Origin: Actinomycetes bacterium
Lineage (GTDB): Bacteria; Actinomycetota; Actinomycetes; S36-B12; UBA5976
Length of the DNA stretch: 64,000 nt
NCBI GenBank assembly: GCA_038145175.1
Contig: JAYQPE010000002.1
Location: 21,048-85,047, forward strand
Reading direction: 5' to 3'
How positions within the stretch are numbered: the first letter of the stretch is position 1; each line of letters begins with the position of its first letter. The notes below the pieces were generated by a model. It searched no databases, was not told the origin of the DNA, and was given only the letters and a program-made list of their open reading frames with translations. Positions 49,921 to 58,476 of this stretch are shown piece after piece. Both the position numbers and the translations under genes were made by a program.

Positions 49921-50676
49921 ATGCTTTTAGCAATTGATATTGGAAATACCAACACAGTTATTGGTTTATACGATAAAGAAAAACTAGTAAATCATTGGAG
50001 AATCAAAACAGATTCCCAATCAACAGCTGATGAATTAATTCTTACTTACGAAGGTTTATTACAAAATCAACCTGAAATTACTGGTATTTCACTTTGTTCA
50101 ACAGTTCCTGCAGTCTTAAGAGAAATGCGCTGGATGTTGCAACGTTATTTCAACGATATTAAAACAGTAATTATCGAACCAGGAACTAAAACAGGAGTTC
50201 CCATTAATACTGATAATCCCAAAGAAGTTGGCGCAGATCGAATTGCTAATTCATTAGCAGTATTTTCAAGACATGGCGGACCTTCAGTTGTAGTTGATTT
50301 TGGTACTTCAACAAATTTTGATGTGGTTAGTAAAAATGGAGAATTCTTAGGTGGTTCACTTGCACCTGGTATTGAAATTTCTTTAGATGCTTTAGCTAAT
50401 AGAGCTGCACAGTTAAGAAAAGTCGAATTTGTAAAACCCAGAAGTGTTATAGGTAAAAACACCGTCGAAGCTTTGCAATCGGGTGCACTTTATGGATTTG
50501 CAGGCCAAGTAGATGGAATTATTGAAAGAATAATTGCAGAAATTGGACCAGTAACTGCCGTAGTTGCAACTGGAGGATTGGCACCACTTGTGGTTGAAGA
50601 ATCAAAAACAATTACCCATCATGAACCTGACTTGACTCTGGAAGGCTTACGTTTAGTTTTCGATAAGAACAAGTAG
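49921..50676 (+). CDS. coaX: type III pantothenate kinase
   Basis: LLAIDIGNTNTV, VGADRIAN and VDFGTSTNFD are present. Confidence 0.9.
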   Translation: MLLAIDIGNTNTVIGLYDKEKLVNHWRIKTDSQSTADELILTYEGLLQNQPEITGISLCSTVPAVLREMRWMLQRYFNDIKTVIIEPGTKTGVPINTDNPKEVGADRIANSLAVFSRHGGPSVVVDFGTSTNFDVVSKNGEFLGGSLAPGIEISLDALANRAAQLRKVEFVKPRSVIGKNTVEALQSGALYGFAGQVDGIIERIIAEIGPVTAVVATGGLAPLVVEESKTITHHEPDLTLEGLRLVFDKNK

Positions 50677-50687
50677 TCTTTACTTCT

Positions 50688-52190
50688 ATGGGTGAAGATT
50701 CAAATTTAGATTTAAACGAACAAGAACAGATTCGTAGAGAAAAACTATCTAAATTACATGCTTTAGGCATTGATACTTATCCTGTGGGATTTTTTCCCGA
50801 TTATTCACTTTTAAAAGTAAGAAATGAATTTAAAGATTTAGCTCCTGAATCAAAAACAGGAAAAATAGTTTCAATTGCAGGTCGAGTGATGTTAAATCGT
50901 ATTGCTGGAAAATTAATTTTTGCCTCCTTAAGAGATGGCTCTAGTGATTTACAAATAATGATTTCAGCAGATTCAGTTGGAGAAGACTCTTTAGAATTAT
51001 GGAAAGAATTTGTTGATTTAGGTGATTTAGTCGGACTAACGGGTGAAGTTGTCACGACAAAACGTGGTGAATTATCTGTTAAAGCAAGTAAATGGTTGAT
51101 TACCGCAAAAGCCTTAAGGCCTCTGCCTGATAAACATCATGGTTTGAATGATCCTGAACAAAGAGTTCGAATGCGTTATGTGGATTTAATGGTTAGACCT
51201 GAAGCAAGAGAAATGTTGCATGTTAGATCTGAAGTTGTGGCAAGTATTAGAAAAAGTTTAACTTCAAGAGGTTTTGTTGAAGTTGAAACTCCAATGTTGC
51301 AAGTTTTGCACGGTGGAGCAAATGCCAGACCATTTAAAACTCATATCAATGCTTACGACATGGAATTATTTTTAAGAATCGCTCCAGAACTTTATTTAAA
51401 AAGATTATTAGTTGGCGGGGTTGACCAAGTTTTTGAAATTAATAGAAACTTTAGAAACGAAGGTGCAGATTCTTCACACAATCCAGAATTTACAATGCTT
51501 GAAATGTATCAAGCATATAGTGATTACAACAAAATGCGAGAGTTAACGCAAAATTTAATTCAAGAAGCAGCAAAATCTGTTTATGGAAAAGAAATAGCAA
51601 GACACTGGGATGACGAAGGAAACCATAAAGAATTTGATATAAGTGGTAACTGGCCAGTTGTAAAAGTTTACGAAGGATTAAGTAAAGCAATTGGAGAAGA
51701 TTTAAATTCTGAAACTGATGAAAAAACTTTAAGAAGTCACTGCGATAAATTAAAAATTTCTCACGATCCAAAATGGACCAGGGGACAAGTTGTTTTAGAA
51801 CTTTATGAACATTTATTAGAAGATAAAACTACTTTGCCAACTTTCTATTGTGATTTTCCAACCGATGTTGCACCTTTAACTAGACAACACCGCAATGATC
51901 CAAAAATGGCAGAGCGTTGGGATCTAGTTGCATTTGGTGCAGAAATTGGTACTGGTTATACAGAATTAAATGATCCGATTGAACAAAGAAATCGTTTAGT
52001 GGCACAAGCAAAACTTGCAGCTGGTGGAGATGTTGAAGCTATGCAAATTGATGATGATTTCTTAAGAGCTTTGGAATATGGAATGCCTCCTGCAGGGGGA
52101 CAAGGAATGGGAATTGATCGAGTTTTAATGATGTTAACTGGAAGAGGAATTAGAGAAACTGTACTTTTTCCATTAGTAAAACCTCAATAA
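50688..52190 (+). CDS. lysS: lysine--tRNA ligase (class II)
   Basis: It has an OB anticodon-binding domain and class II motifs FRNEG, EFTMLE and GGQGMGIDR. Confidence 0.97.
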   Translation: MGEDSNLDLNEQEQIRREKLSKLHALGIDTYPVGFFPDYSLLKVRNEFKDLAPESKTGKIVSIAGRVMLNRIAGKLIFASLRDGSSDLQIMISADSVGEDSLELWKEFVDLGDLVGLTGEVVTTKRGELSVKASKWLITAKALRPLPDKHHGLNDPEQRVRMRYVDLMVRPEAREMLHVRSEVVASIRKSLTSRGFVEVETPMLQVLHGGANARPFKTHINAYDMELFLRIAPELYLKRLLVGGVDQVFEINRNFRNEGADSSHNPEFTMLEMYQAYSDYNKMRELTQNLIQEAAKSVYGKEIARHWDDEGNHKEFDISGNWPVVKVYEGLSKAIGEDLNSETDEKTLRSHCDKLKISHDPKWTRGQVVLELYEHLLEDKTTLPTFYCDFPTDVAPLTRQHRNDPKMAERWDLVAFGAEIGTGYTELNDPIEQRNRLVAQAKLAAGGDVEAMQIDDDFLRALEYGMPPAGGQGMGIDRVLMMLTGRGIRETVLFPLVKPQ

Positions 52191-52191
52191 A

Positions 52192-52695
52192 ATGTCAGAA
52201 ATTCAAATTAGACCTGCAAAAACAAGTGATGTTTCAACTATTAGAAAACTCGTTGATACCTATGCTCCAGAAAGACGTTTACTTTCCAAAGCCACAGTGA
52301 CTTTATATGAAGCAGTTCCAGACTTTTTAGTAATTGAAAAAGATAAAGCCATAATTGGTGCAGGGGCAGTGCATGTACTTTGGGAAGATTTAGCAGAAGT
52401 AAGAACGGTAGCAATTTTTCCTGAATTTAAAAATAAAGGATTTGGTTCGAAATTATTAAATGCTCTTTTAGAAAAAGCAAAAAATTTAGGAGTTAAAAGA
52501 GTTTTTTGTTTAACTTTTGAAACAAATTTTTTTGCAAAACATGGATTTAAAGAAATTGAAGGTACACCAGTTGAACCAGAAATTTATCAACAATTACTTG
52601 AGTCATATGACGTTGGTGTGGCAGAGTTTTTGGATTTAGACAAAGTTAAACCAAATACTTTGGGTAACACCAGAATGATTAAACATTTGCAGTAA
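52192..52695 (+). CDS. GNAT amino-acid N-acetyltransferase (short NAGS-like, Rv2747-like)
   Basis: IRPAKTSDV, the acetyl-CoA site FPEFKNKGFGSKLL, and the C-terminal NTLGNTRM are present. Confidence 0.72.
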   Translation: MSEIQIRPAKTSDVSTIRKLVDTYAPERRLLSKATVTLYEAVPDFLVIEKDKAIIGAGAVHVLWEDLAEVRTVAIFPEFKNKGFGSKLLNALLEKAKNLGVKRVFCLTFETNFFAKHGFKEIEGTPVEPEIYQQLLESYDVGVAEFLDLDKVKPNTLGNTRMIKHLQ

Positions 52696-52859
52696 CTCAA
52701 GTAACACTAATTCTTGTTGTCAAAGTTGTTTGTGCCACTACGTATAGGGCTTCTGGCCTAGTGATTTAGGTTGAATTTGCTAAATAAATCCAGACACGTA
52801 CTATAGATATAGGAGAAAATAACTTCTCCCAAAAGTTGAGTTAAGGTGGCTTAAGTTAA

Positions 52860-55379
52860 ATGTTCGAAAGATTTACTGATCGAGCACGTCGTGTAGTTGT
52901 TCTTGCCCAAGAAGAAGCACGCATGCTTAACCACAACTACATTGGCACAGAACATATTCTTTTAGGTTTAATTCACGAAGGTGAAGGCGTTGCCGCAAAA
53001 TCTTTAGAGTCATTGGGAGTTTCACTTGAATCTGTTAGATCTCAAGTTGAAGAAATTATTGGCCAAGGTCAACAAGCACCATCTGGACATATTCCATTTA
53101 CTCCAAGAGCTAAAAAAGTATTAGAACTTTCTTTAAGAGAAGCGCTACAACTTGGACACAATTACATTGGCACAGAACATATTCTTTTAGGTTTAATCAG
53201 AGAAGGCGAAGGAGTTGCTGCTCAAGTATTAGTAAAACTTGGAGCAGATTTAAACAGAGTTCGCCAACAAGTAATCCAACTACTTTCTGGTTATCAAGGT
53301 AAAGAGCCTTTAACTTCAGGTGCCCCAAATGAAGGAACCCCTTCTACTTCTTTAGTGCTTGATCAATTTGGTAGAAATTTAACTCAAGCTGCCAGAGATT
53401 CAAAATTAGATCCAGTAATTGGTAGAGAAAAAGAAATCGAAAGAGTTATGCAAGTTCTTTCTCGTAGAACTAAAAATAATCCTGTTTTAATTGGCGAACC
53501 GGGAGTGGGTAAAACTGCTGTTGTTGAAGGTCTTGCTCAAATGATTGTTAGAGGAAATGTTCCAGAAACTCTAAAAGACAAACAGCTTTACACTCTTGAT
53601 TTAGGATCATTAGTTGCAGGATCTCGTTATCGTGGAGATTTTGAAGAAAGATTAAAGAAAGTATTAAAAGAAATCCGCACTCGCGGTGACATCATTTTGT
53701 TTATTGATGAAATGCACACATTAGTAGGAGCAGGTGCTGCCGAAGGTGCAATTGATGCGGCTTCAATTTTGAAACCAATGCTTGCTCGCGGTGAACTTCA
53801 AACAATTGGTGCCACCACATTAGATGAATATAGAAAATATGTGGAAAAAGATGCTGCATTGGAAAGAAGATTCCAACCTATTCAAGTTCAAGAACCAAGT
53901 GTGGCTCATGCAATCGAAATCCTTAAAGGTTTAAGAGATCGCTACGAATCTCATCACAAAGTAACCATCACAGATTCTGCTTTAGTTTCAGCAGCAACAT
54001 TGGCTGATCGATACATAAATGATCGCCAACTTCCAGATAAAGCAATTGATTTAATTGATGAAGCAGGTGCCAGACTTAGAATCAATCGAATGACTGCTCC
54101 ACCTGATTTAAGAGAATTTGATAACAAAATTGCTGACGTGAGAAAAGAAAAAGAATCAGCTATTGATGCTCAAGATTTTGAAAAAGCAGCGGCTTTAAGA
54201 GATAAAGAAAAGACTTTAATTACAGAGAAAAATGAACGTGAACGCGAATGGAAAGCCGGAGATTTAGACGTAGTTGCAGAAGTTAACGATGATTTAATTG
54301 CTGAAGTTTTGGCGATGTCTACTGGAGTGCCAGTTGCAAAACTAACTGAAGCAGAATCTCAAAGATTACTTCGTATGGAAGAAGAATTACACAAACGTGT
54401 AATTGGTCAAGAAGATGCTATTAAGGCTTTGTCAAAATCAATTAGAAGAACTAGAGCGGGCTTAAAAGATCCAAAAAGACCAGGTGGATCATTTATTTTT
54501 GCTGGTCCTTCAGGTGTTGGAAAAACTGAACTTTCTAAAACTTTGGCCCAATTCTTGTTTGGTGATGAAAACTCATTAATCATGCTTGATATGTCAGAGT
54601 ATTCAGAGCGTCACACTGTTTCAAGGTTATTTGGTTCTCCTCCAGGATATGTGGGTTATGAAGAAGGTGGACAATTAACTGAAAAAGTTAGAAGAAAACC
54701 ATTCTCAGTAGTTTTGTTCGACGAAGTTGAAAAAGCTCATCCAGATATTTTTAACTCACTATTACAAATTTTGGAAGACGGAAAATTAACTGACTCTCAA
54801 GGTCGCATGGTTGATTTCAAAAACACAGTAATCATCATGACCACAAACCTTGGAAGCAGAGATATTTCCAAAGGGGTAGGACTTGGTTTTTCTGCTGGCG
54901 ATGATGTTTCAGGTAACTATGACCGTATGAAGGCAAAAGTTAATGAGGAATTAAAGCAACATTTCCGTCCAGAATTCTTGAATCGTTTAGATGATGTGAT
55001 TGTGTTCCATCAATTAACAAAACCTGAAATCTTACAAATTGTTGACTTAATGGTTGCATCTTTGGAAAACAGATTAAAAGACAAAGACATGGGCATCGTT
55101 TTAACAGACCAAGCAAAAGAATTGTTAGTTGATATGGGTTATGACCAATCATTGGGTGCAAGACCGATGAGAAGAACAATTCAGCGAGAAATTGAAGATG
55201 TTTTGAGTGAAAAAATCTTGTTTGGTGAATTAAAAGCAGGAAGTCTCGTTGTGGTTGGGGTTGAAGGAAAAGCTGCAGATCCTGACAAAAAAACTAGTGA
55301 TACTAGAAAATTTACTTTCACAAGTGAAGTAAAACAAGCATTACCAGATTCACCACCAGTAAATTCAGCTGCAGAATAA
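52860..55379 (+). CDS. clpC1: ATP-dependent Clp protease ATP-binding subunit ClpC1
   Basis: It has a duplicated Clp_N repeat ([21 protein letters not shown] twice), two AAA modules ([16 protein letters not shown]) and a UVR-like linker. Confidence 0.97.
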   Translation: MFERFTDRARRVVVLAQEEARMLNHNYIGTEHILLGLIHEGEGVAAKSLESLGVSLESVRSQVEEIIGQGQQAPSGHIPFTPRAKKVLELSLREALQLGHNYIGTEHILLGLIREGEGVAAQVLVKLGADLNRVRQQVIQLLSGYQGKEPLTSGAPNEGTPSTSLVLDQFGRNLTQAARDSKLDPVIGREKEIERVMQVLSRRTKNNPVLIGEPGVGKTAVVEGLAQMIVRGNVPETLKDKQLYTLDLGSLVAGSRYRGDFEERLKKVLKEIRTRGDIILFIDEMHTLVGAGAAEGAIDAASILKPMLARGELQTIGATTLDEYRKYVEKDAALERRFQPIQVQEPSVAHAIEILKGLRDRYESHHKVTITDSALVSAATLADRYINDRQLPDKAIDLIDEAGARLRINRMTAPPDLREFDNKIADVRKEKESAIDAQDFEKAAALRDKEKTLITEKNEREREWKAGDLDVVAEVNDDLIAEVLAMSTGVPVAKLTEAESQRLLRMEEELHKRVIGQEDAIKALSKSIRRTRAGLKDPKRPGGSFIFAGPSGVGKTELSKTLAQFLFGDENSLIMLDMSEYSERHTVSRLFGSPPGYVGYEEGGQLTEKVRRKPFSVVLFDEVEKAHPDIFNSLLQILEDGKLTDSQGRMVDFKNTVIIMTTNLGSRDISKGVGLGFSAGDDVSGNYDRMKAKVNEELKQHFRPEFLNRLDDVIVFHQLTKPEILQIVDLMVASLENRLKDKDMGIVLTDQAKELLVDMGYDQSLGARPMRRTIQREIEDVLSEKILFGELKAGSLVVVGVEGKAADPDKKTSDTRKFTFTSEVKQALPDSPPVNSAAE

Positions 55380-55380
55380 T

Positions 55381-56178
55381 TTAAGAATTACTTATTTCGT
55401 TAGCACGATTAATTGCTGCTTGTAATGCTTTTTTCCAAATTTCTTTAAAGTTATTTTGATCCAAATTTTCTAAAGCAGCTAAAGTTGTTCCCTTTGGCGA
55501 AGTTACTTTATTTCTTAATTCACTTATTTTTTCACTTGAATTCTCAAAAAGATGAGCAGAACCTATAAAAGTATTATTAACGATAACTTCAGCAACATCT
55601 TTTGATAAGCCAAGTTCAATTGCTGCTTGTGTAATGGCTTCTGTGACATAAAAATAATAAGCAGGACCAGATCCAGAAGCAGCAGCAATCACATCAATCA
55701 AATTCTCATCAACTACAACTACTTTTCCAACACTTGAGAAAAGTTTTTGCGCAATTTCTAAATCCTTGTCAGTTGCATTTTTACCTTTTGCCAAACCAGT
55801 AACACCTTTTCCAACTAGTGCTGGAGTATTTGGCATAGCTCTTATTACTTTTACGTTATTTTCAAAAGTTTTTTCTAAGTTTTCAGTTTTAATTCCAACG
55901 GCAAGAGAAATCAACAGGGCATTATCTTTCAAACTTTTCTTTATCTCTGGTAGTACTTCGGTTATATTTTGAGGTTTAACCCCAATAAAGACCACATCAC
56001 AATCTTTAATTTCTTCAATTTGGTTGCTTGAATTAACTCTAAAGTCAGATGCAATTTTTTGGCTTGATTCGACAGTTTTTGTAATTGCAACTAGGTCACT
56101 TTGTGAAATACCAGAGTTGATAAGGCCTTTTAATATGGCTTGACCCATATTGCCAGCACCGACGAATCCAATTTTCAT
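55381..56178 (-). CDS. proC: pyrroline-5-carboxylate reductase
   Basis: The Rossmann motif IGFVGAGNMG, MPNTPA and TSPKGTT are present. Confidence 0.95.
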   Translation of the reverse strand: MKIGFVGAGNMGQAILKGLINSGISQSDLVAITKTVESSQKIASDFRVNSSNQIEEIKDCDVVFIGVKPQNITEVLPEIKKSLKDNALLISLAVGIKTENLEKTFENNVKVIRAMPNTPALVGKGVTGLAKGKNATDKDLEIAQKLFSSVGKVVVVDENLIDVIAAASGSGPAYYFYVTEAITQAAIELGLSKDVAEVIVNNTFIGSAHLFENSSEKISELRNKVTSPKGTTLAALENLDQNNFKEIWKKALQAAINRANEISNS

Positions 56179-56259
56179 AAATTTTCTGCTCTTTTATTGT
56201 GACTTAGATGATAAGACTACTTTGCATAAGTTTTCATAAATCAAAGTAGGCTCTGACTT

Positions 56260-57054
56260 ATGACCGAATTTACCGGAGAATTCCCTAGAAGTTGGATTGA
56301 ATTTGTTGATCCAGAACACGATGAAACCATCATAAAAGCTGATTTAACATGGCTTACTTCAAATTGGGAATGCATATTTGGCAGAGGGTGTAAAGGAGTA
56401 GATAAAACACATCCAAATGATGGATGTTGTAATCAAGGAGCACACTTTTCTGAACCTAATGATAAAAAAAGAGTTAGTAAATGGGTTGAAAAATTAACAC
56501 CAGAGTTGTGGGAAAAAATAGAATTCTCAAAAAATAAAAAAAGTTGGACAGAATTTGATGATGGAACTGAAAGAACTAAATTAGTAAAAGACACCTGTAT
56601 CTTTATGAACTCTCCTGAATTCAAAGGGGGAGCAGGATGTGCTCTTCATAAATTAGCTATAGAAAAAAATGTTAAAACATTTGAAACAAAACCAGACGTT
56701 TGTTGGCAATTACCAATTAGAAGAAGTTATGAAACAAGAGAATATGAAAATGGAACTGATTATCAAGTAATTGTTATTGAAGAATACCGAAGAAAAAATT
56801 GGGGCTCTGGTGGAGAAACCATGGATTGGTATTGTTCTTCAGATACAGAAGCTCATCAAGCTTATGAACCTGTTTATCTAAGTGAAAAAGATACTTTAGT
56901 TGAATTAATTGGTAAGAAATGTTATGAAATTTTGAAAAAACATTGTGATGAACGAATTAGTTTAATAAAAACTTTGAAAAAACTTCCCGGAAGAAAAGCT
57001 AAACAAATTTTATTATCAATTAATCCTCACCCAGCAGATCTTTTAGTCGACTAA
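56260..57054 (+). CDS. conserved Cys-rich hypothetical protein (Rv0499-position homologue?)
   Basis: The 264-aa ORF has good coding texture. Its Cys pattern is WECIFGRGCKG...DGCCNQGAHF...CIF...GCALH...CWQLP. It is divergent from proC. The function is unknown. Confidence 0.6.
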   Translation: MTEFTGEFPRSWIEFVDPEHDETIIKADLTWLTSNWECIFGRGCKGVDKTHPNDGCCNQGAHFSEPNDKKRVSKWVEKLTPELWEKIEFSKNKKSWTEFDDGTERTKLVKDTCIFMNSPEFKGGAGCALHKLAIEKNVKTFETKPDVCWQLPIRRSYETREYENGTDYQVIVIEEYRRKNWGSGGETMDWYCSSDTEAHQAYEPVYLSEKDTLVELIGKKCYEILKKHCDERISLIKTLKKLPGRKAKQILLSINPHPADLLVD

Positions 57055-57227
57055 GTACTTTTTTCACAATTTCCCCACCCCTTCTTTTTGACCCAATAGC
57101 ATGTCCGGGTCTCGCTAATAACCCCCCTCCTCTCTTGTGTTAATAGGTACCGAAGATATACCGTTACATCACACGCAACTTAAGACTTAGGGAAGGTTTT
57201 AAGTCGTGTAAGAAAGAGGCATCAAAA

Positions 57228-57434
57228 ATGGCTTCAAGCCCTGAAAGACCTTTAGGCGAAGTTCGTTTCTTGACTGTGGCAGAAGTTGCCTCATCAATGC
57301 GAGTATCAAAGATGACTGTTTACCGCTTAGTACATTCTGGAACCATGCCAGCTGTTCGAGTCGGTAGATCTTTCCGTGTTCCGGAAGCAGCAGTGTCTGA
57401 ATACTTGCGCGAATCATTCGTAGAGGCTGGCTGA
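57228..57434 (+). CDS. small excisionase/MerR-type helix-turn-helix DNA-binding protein (Rv0500A-like)
   Basis: The 68-aa product contains LTVAEVASSMRVSKMTVYRLVHSGTMPAVRVGRSFRV. GAGG lies 8 nt upstream of the ATG. Confidence 0.75.
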   Translation: MASSPERPLGEVRFLTVAEVASSMRVSKMTVYRLVHSGTMPAVRVGRSFRVPEAAVSEYLRESFVEAG

Positions 57435-57454
57435 TTTTCCCCTCAGCCAGCTTT
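57426..57454 (+). terminator. stop-codon-spanning hairpin (terminator/attenuator-like)
   Basis: It has a perfect 9-bp stem, GCTGGCTGA (57426-57434, including the TGA stop) / TCAGCCAGC (57443-57451), and an 8-nt loop TTTTCCCC. Only TTT follows it. Confidence 0.45.
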
Positions 57455-57479
57455 CCCCACTTTAAGGTTGTGGATCTAA

Positions 57480-57722
57480 ATAAAACCTCGAATCAAAGTC
57501 TTAGTAAAACCTGGCTGTCATCTTTGTGATGAGGCCATAAAAGTAATTACTGAAGTTAGTAGTGAATTAAACGAATCTTTTGACGTTGTAGAAATTCAAG
57601 ATAATCCTGAATTAATGCATAAATATGCTGAGGAAATTCCTGTCACTTTTGTTGATGATAAACAACATGATTTCTGGAGAGTAGATAAAGAAAGATTGAA
57701 AAAAGCCCTTCTTGATGTCTGA
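57480..57722 (+). CDS. glutaredoxin-like protein (DUF836 / YruB-type) lacking a canonical start codon
   Basis: My own translation is IKPRIKVLVKPGCHLCDEAIKVITEV...NPELMHKYAEEIPVTFVDDKQHDFWRVDKERLKKALLDV*. There is no ATG, GTG or TTG between the upstream in-frame TAA (57477) and the CxxC. The candidate starts are ATA at 57480 and ATC at 57492. Confidence 0.5.
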   Translation: MKPRIKVLVKPGCHLCDEAIKVITEVSSELNESFDVVEIQDNPELMHKYAEEIPVTFVDDKQHDFWRVDKERLKKALLDV

Positions 57723-57735
57723 TTTGTGAGAGGAT

Positions 57736-57753
57736 TTGTGCTTTTTTGCACAA
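57736..57753. promoter_or_regulatory. Rex operator (ROP-like) upstream of rex
   Basis: TTGTGCTTTTTTGCACAA fits TTGTG-N8-CACAA of the Rex box consensus TTGTGAA-N4-TTCACAA, within the perfect palindrome ATTTGTGC-N6-GCACAAAT. It lies 19 nt upstream of the rex ATG. An extra half-site, TTTGTGAG, lies at 57723-57730. Confidence 0.7.
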
Positions 57754-57771
57754 ATGTGTAACTTGGTACAT

Positions 57772-58464
57772 ATGCCATCAAAACTTCCATCCTCAAAGTT
57801 AAGGATTGGCAGATCACCAAAAATCTCTGAAGCAACAGTTTCAAGATTGCCTGCCTACTTCCGTGCTCTTTCACAATTAGCAGACGCCAATCAAATCAGA
57901 GTTTCATCTGAAGAACTAGCAGCTTTAACAGGAGTTTCTAGCGCCATGCTTCGTAAAGATCTTTCTCATCTTGGTTCATACGGCACAAGAGGAGTTGGTT
58001 ACGACGTTGAATTTTTGAGATACCAAATTTCTCGCGAAATGGGTCTAAATAATGACTGGTCCGTAGTAATTGTAGGAGTGGGAAATTTAGGAAGAGCTTT
58101 AGCGCACTACGGCGGATTTGGTTCCCGCGGATTTAAAGTTGTTGCCCTAGTTGATGCAGATCAAACTTTAATTGGCACAAAAGTTAAATGTGGCGCTGAA
58201 GGAAAAACTGTTGAACTTTTAGTTCATGCATTAAGTGATTTAGAAAGTGTTATTAAGGAAACCAAAGCTCGTTTAGGCGTAGTTGCAACACCTGCAGAAA
58301 GTGCCCAAGAAGTTTGCAACCGTTTAGTAAAAGCAGGCATTAGAAGTATTTTAAATTTTGCTCCAGTTCATTTAACTGTAAGCGATGGGGTTGATGTCAG
58401 AAAAGTTGATTTAGCGTCTGAATTACAAATACTTGCATTCCATGAACAAAGAAAAGCTGTATAG
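57772..58464 (+). CDS. rex: redox-sensing transcriptional repressor Rex
   Basis: ISEATVSRLPAYFRAL, SSEELA, LRKDLSHLGSYGTRGVGY and the Rossmann motif VVIVGVGNLGRAL are present. The start is placed at the ATG at 57772 (MPSKL...). Confidence 0.9.
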   Translation: MPSKLPSSKLRIGRSPKISEATVSRLPAYFRALSQLADANQIRVSSEELAALTGVSSAMLRKDLSHLGSYGTRGVGYDVEFLRYQISREMGLNNDWSVVIVGVGNLGRALAHYGGFGSRGFKVVALVDADQTLIGTKVKCGAEGKTVELLVHALSDLESVIKETKARLGVVATPAESAQEVCNRLVKAGIRSILNFAPVHLTVSDGVDVRKVDLASELQILAFHEQRKAV

Positions 58465-58476
58465 GAAAGGTAAAAA

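Noticed and set aside
52812-52859. Small hairpins occur in the clpC1 leader (GGAGAA-N6-TTCTCC at 52812-52829, and TTAAG-GTGG-CTTAA around the SD), with a candidate promoter TTGCTA-N16-TACTAT at 52777-52804.
   Set aside because: The stems are only 5-6 bp and AT-containing, and I found no ClgR- or CtsR-like operator. The promoter guess rests on hexamer resemblance alone, which is too weak to report as a feature.
52941-53197. A 32-nt perfect direct repeat (attggcacagaacatattcttttaggtttaat) occurs at 52941-52972 and 53166-53197.
   Set aside because: Both copies encode the duplicated Clp_N repeat motif [11 protein letters not shown] of ClpC. It is an intragenic domain duplication, not a mobile or regulatory repeat.
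57435-57480. I looked for the tiny ribosomal protein bS22 gene (Rv0500B-like, MGSVIKKRRKRM...) that follows the small HTH gene in mycobacteria.
   Set aside because: No Lys/Arg-rich mini-ORF is present in any frame between the HTH gene and the glutaredoxin-like ORF, and the space is only 45 nt. The gene is presumably elsewhere or absent.
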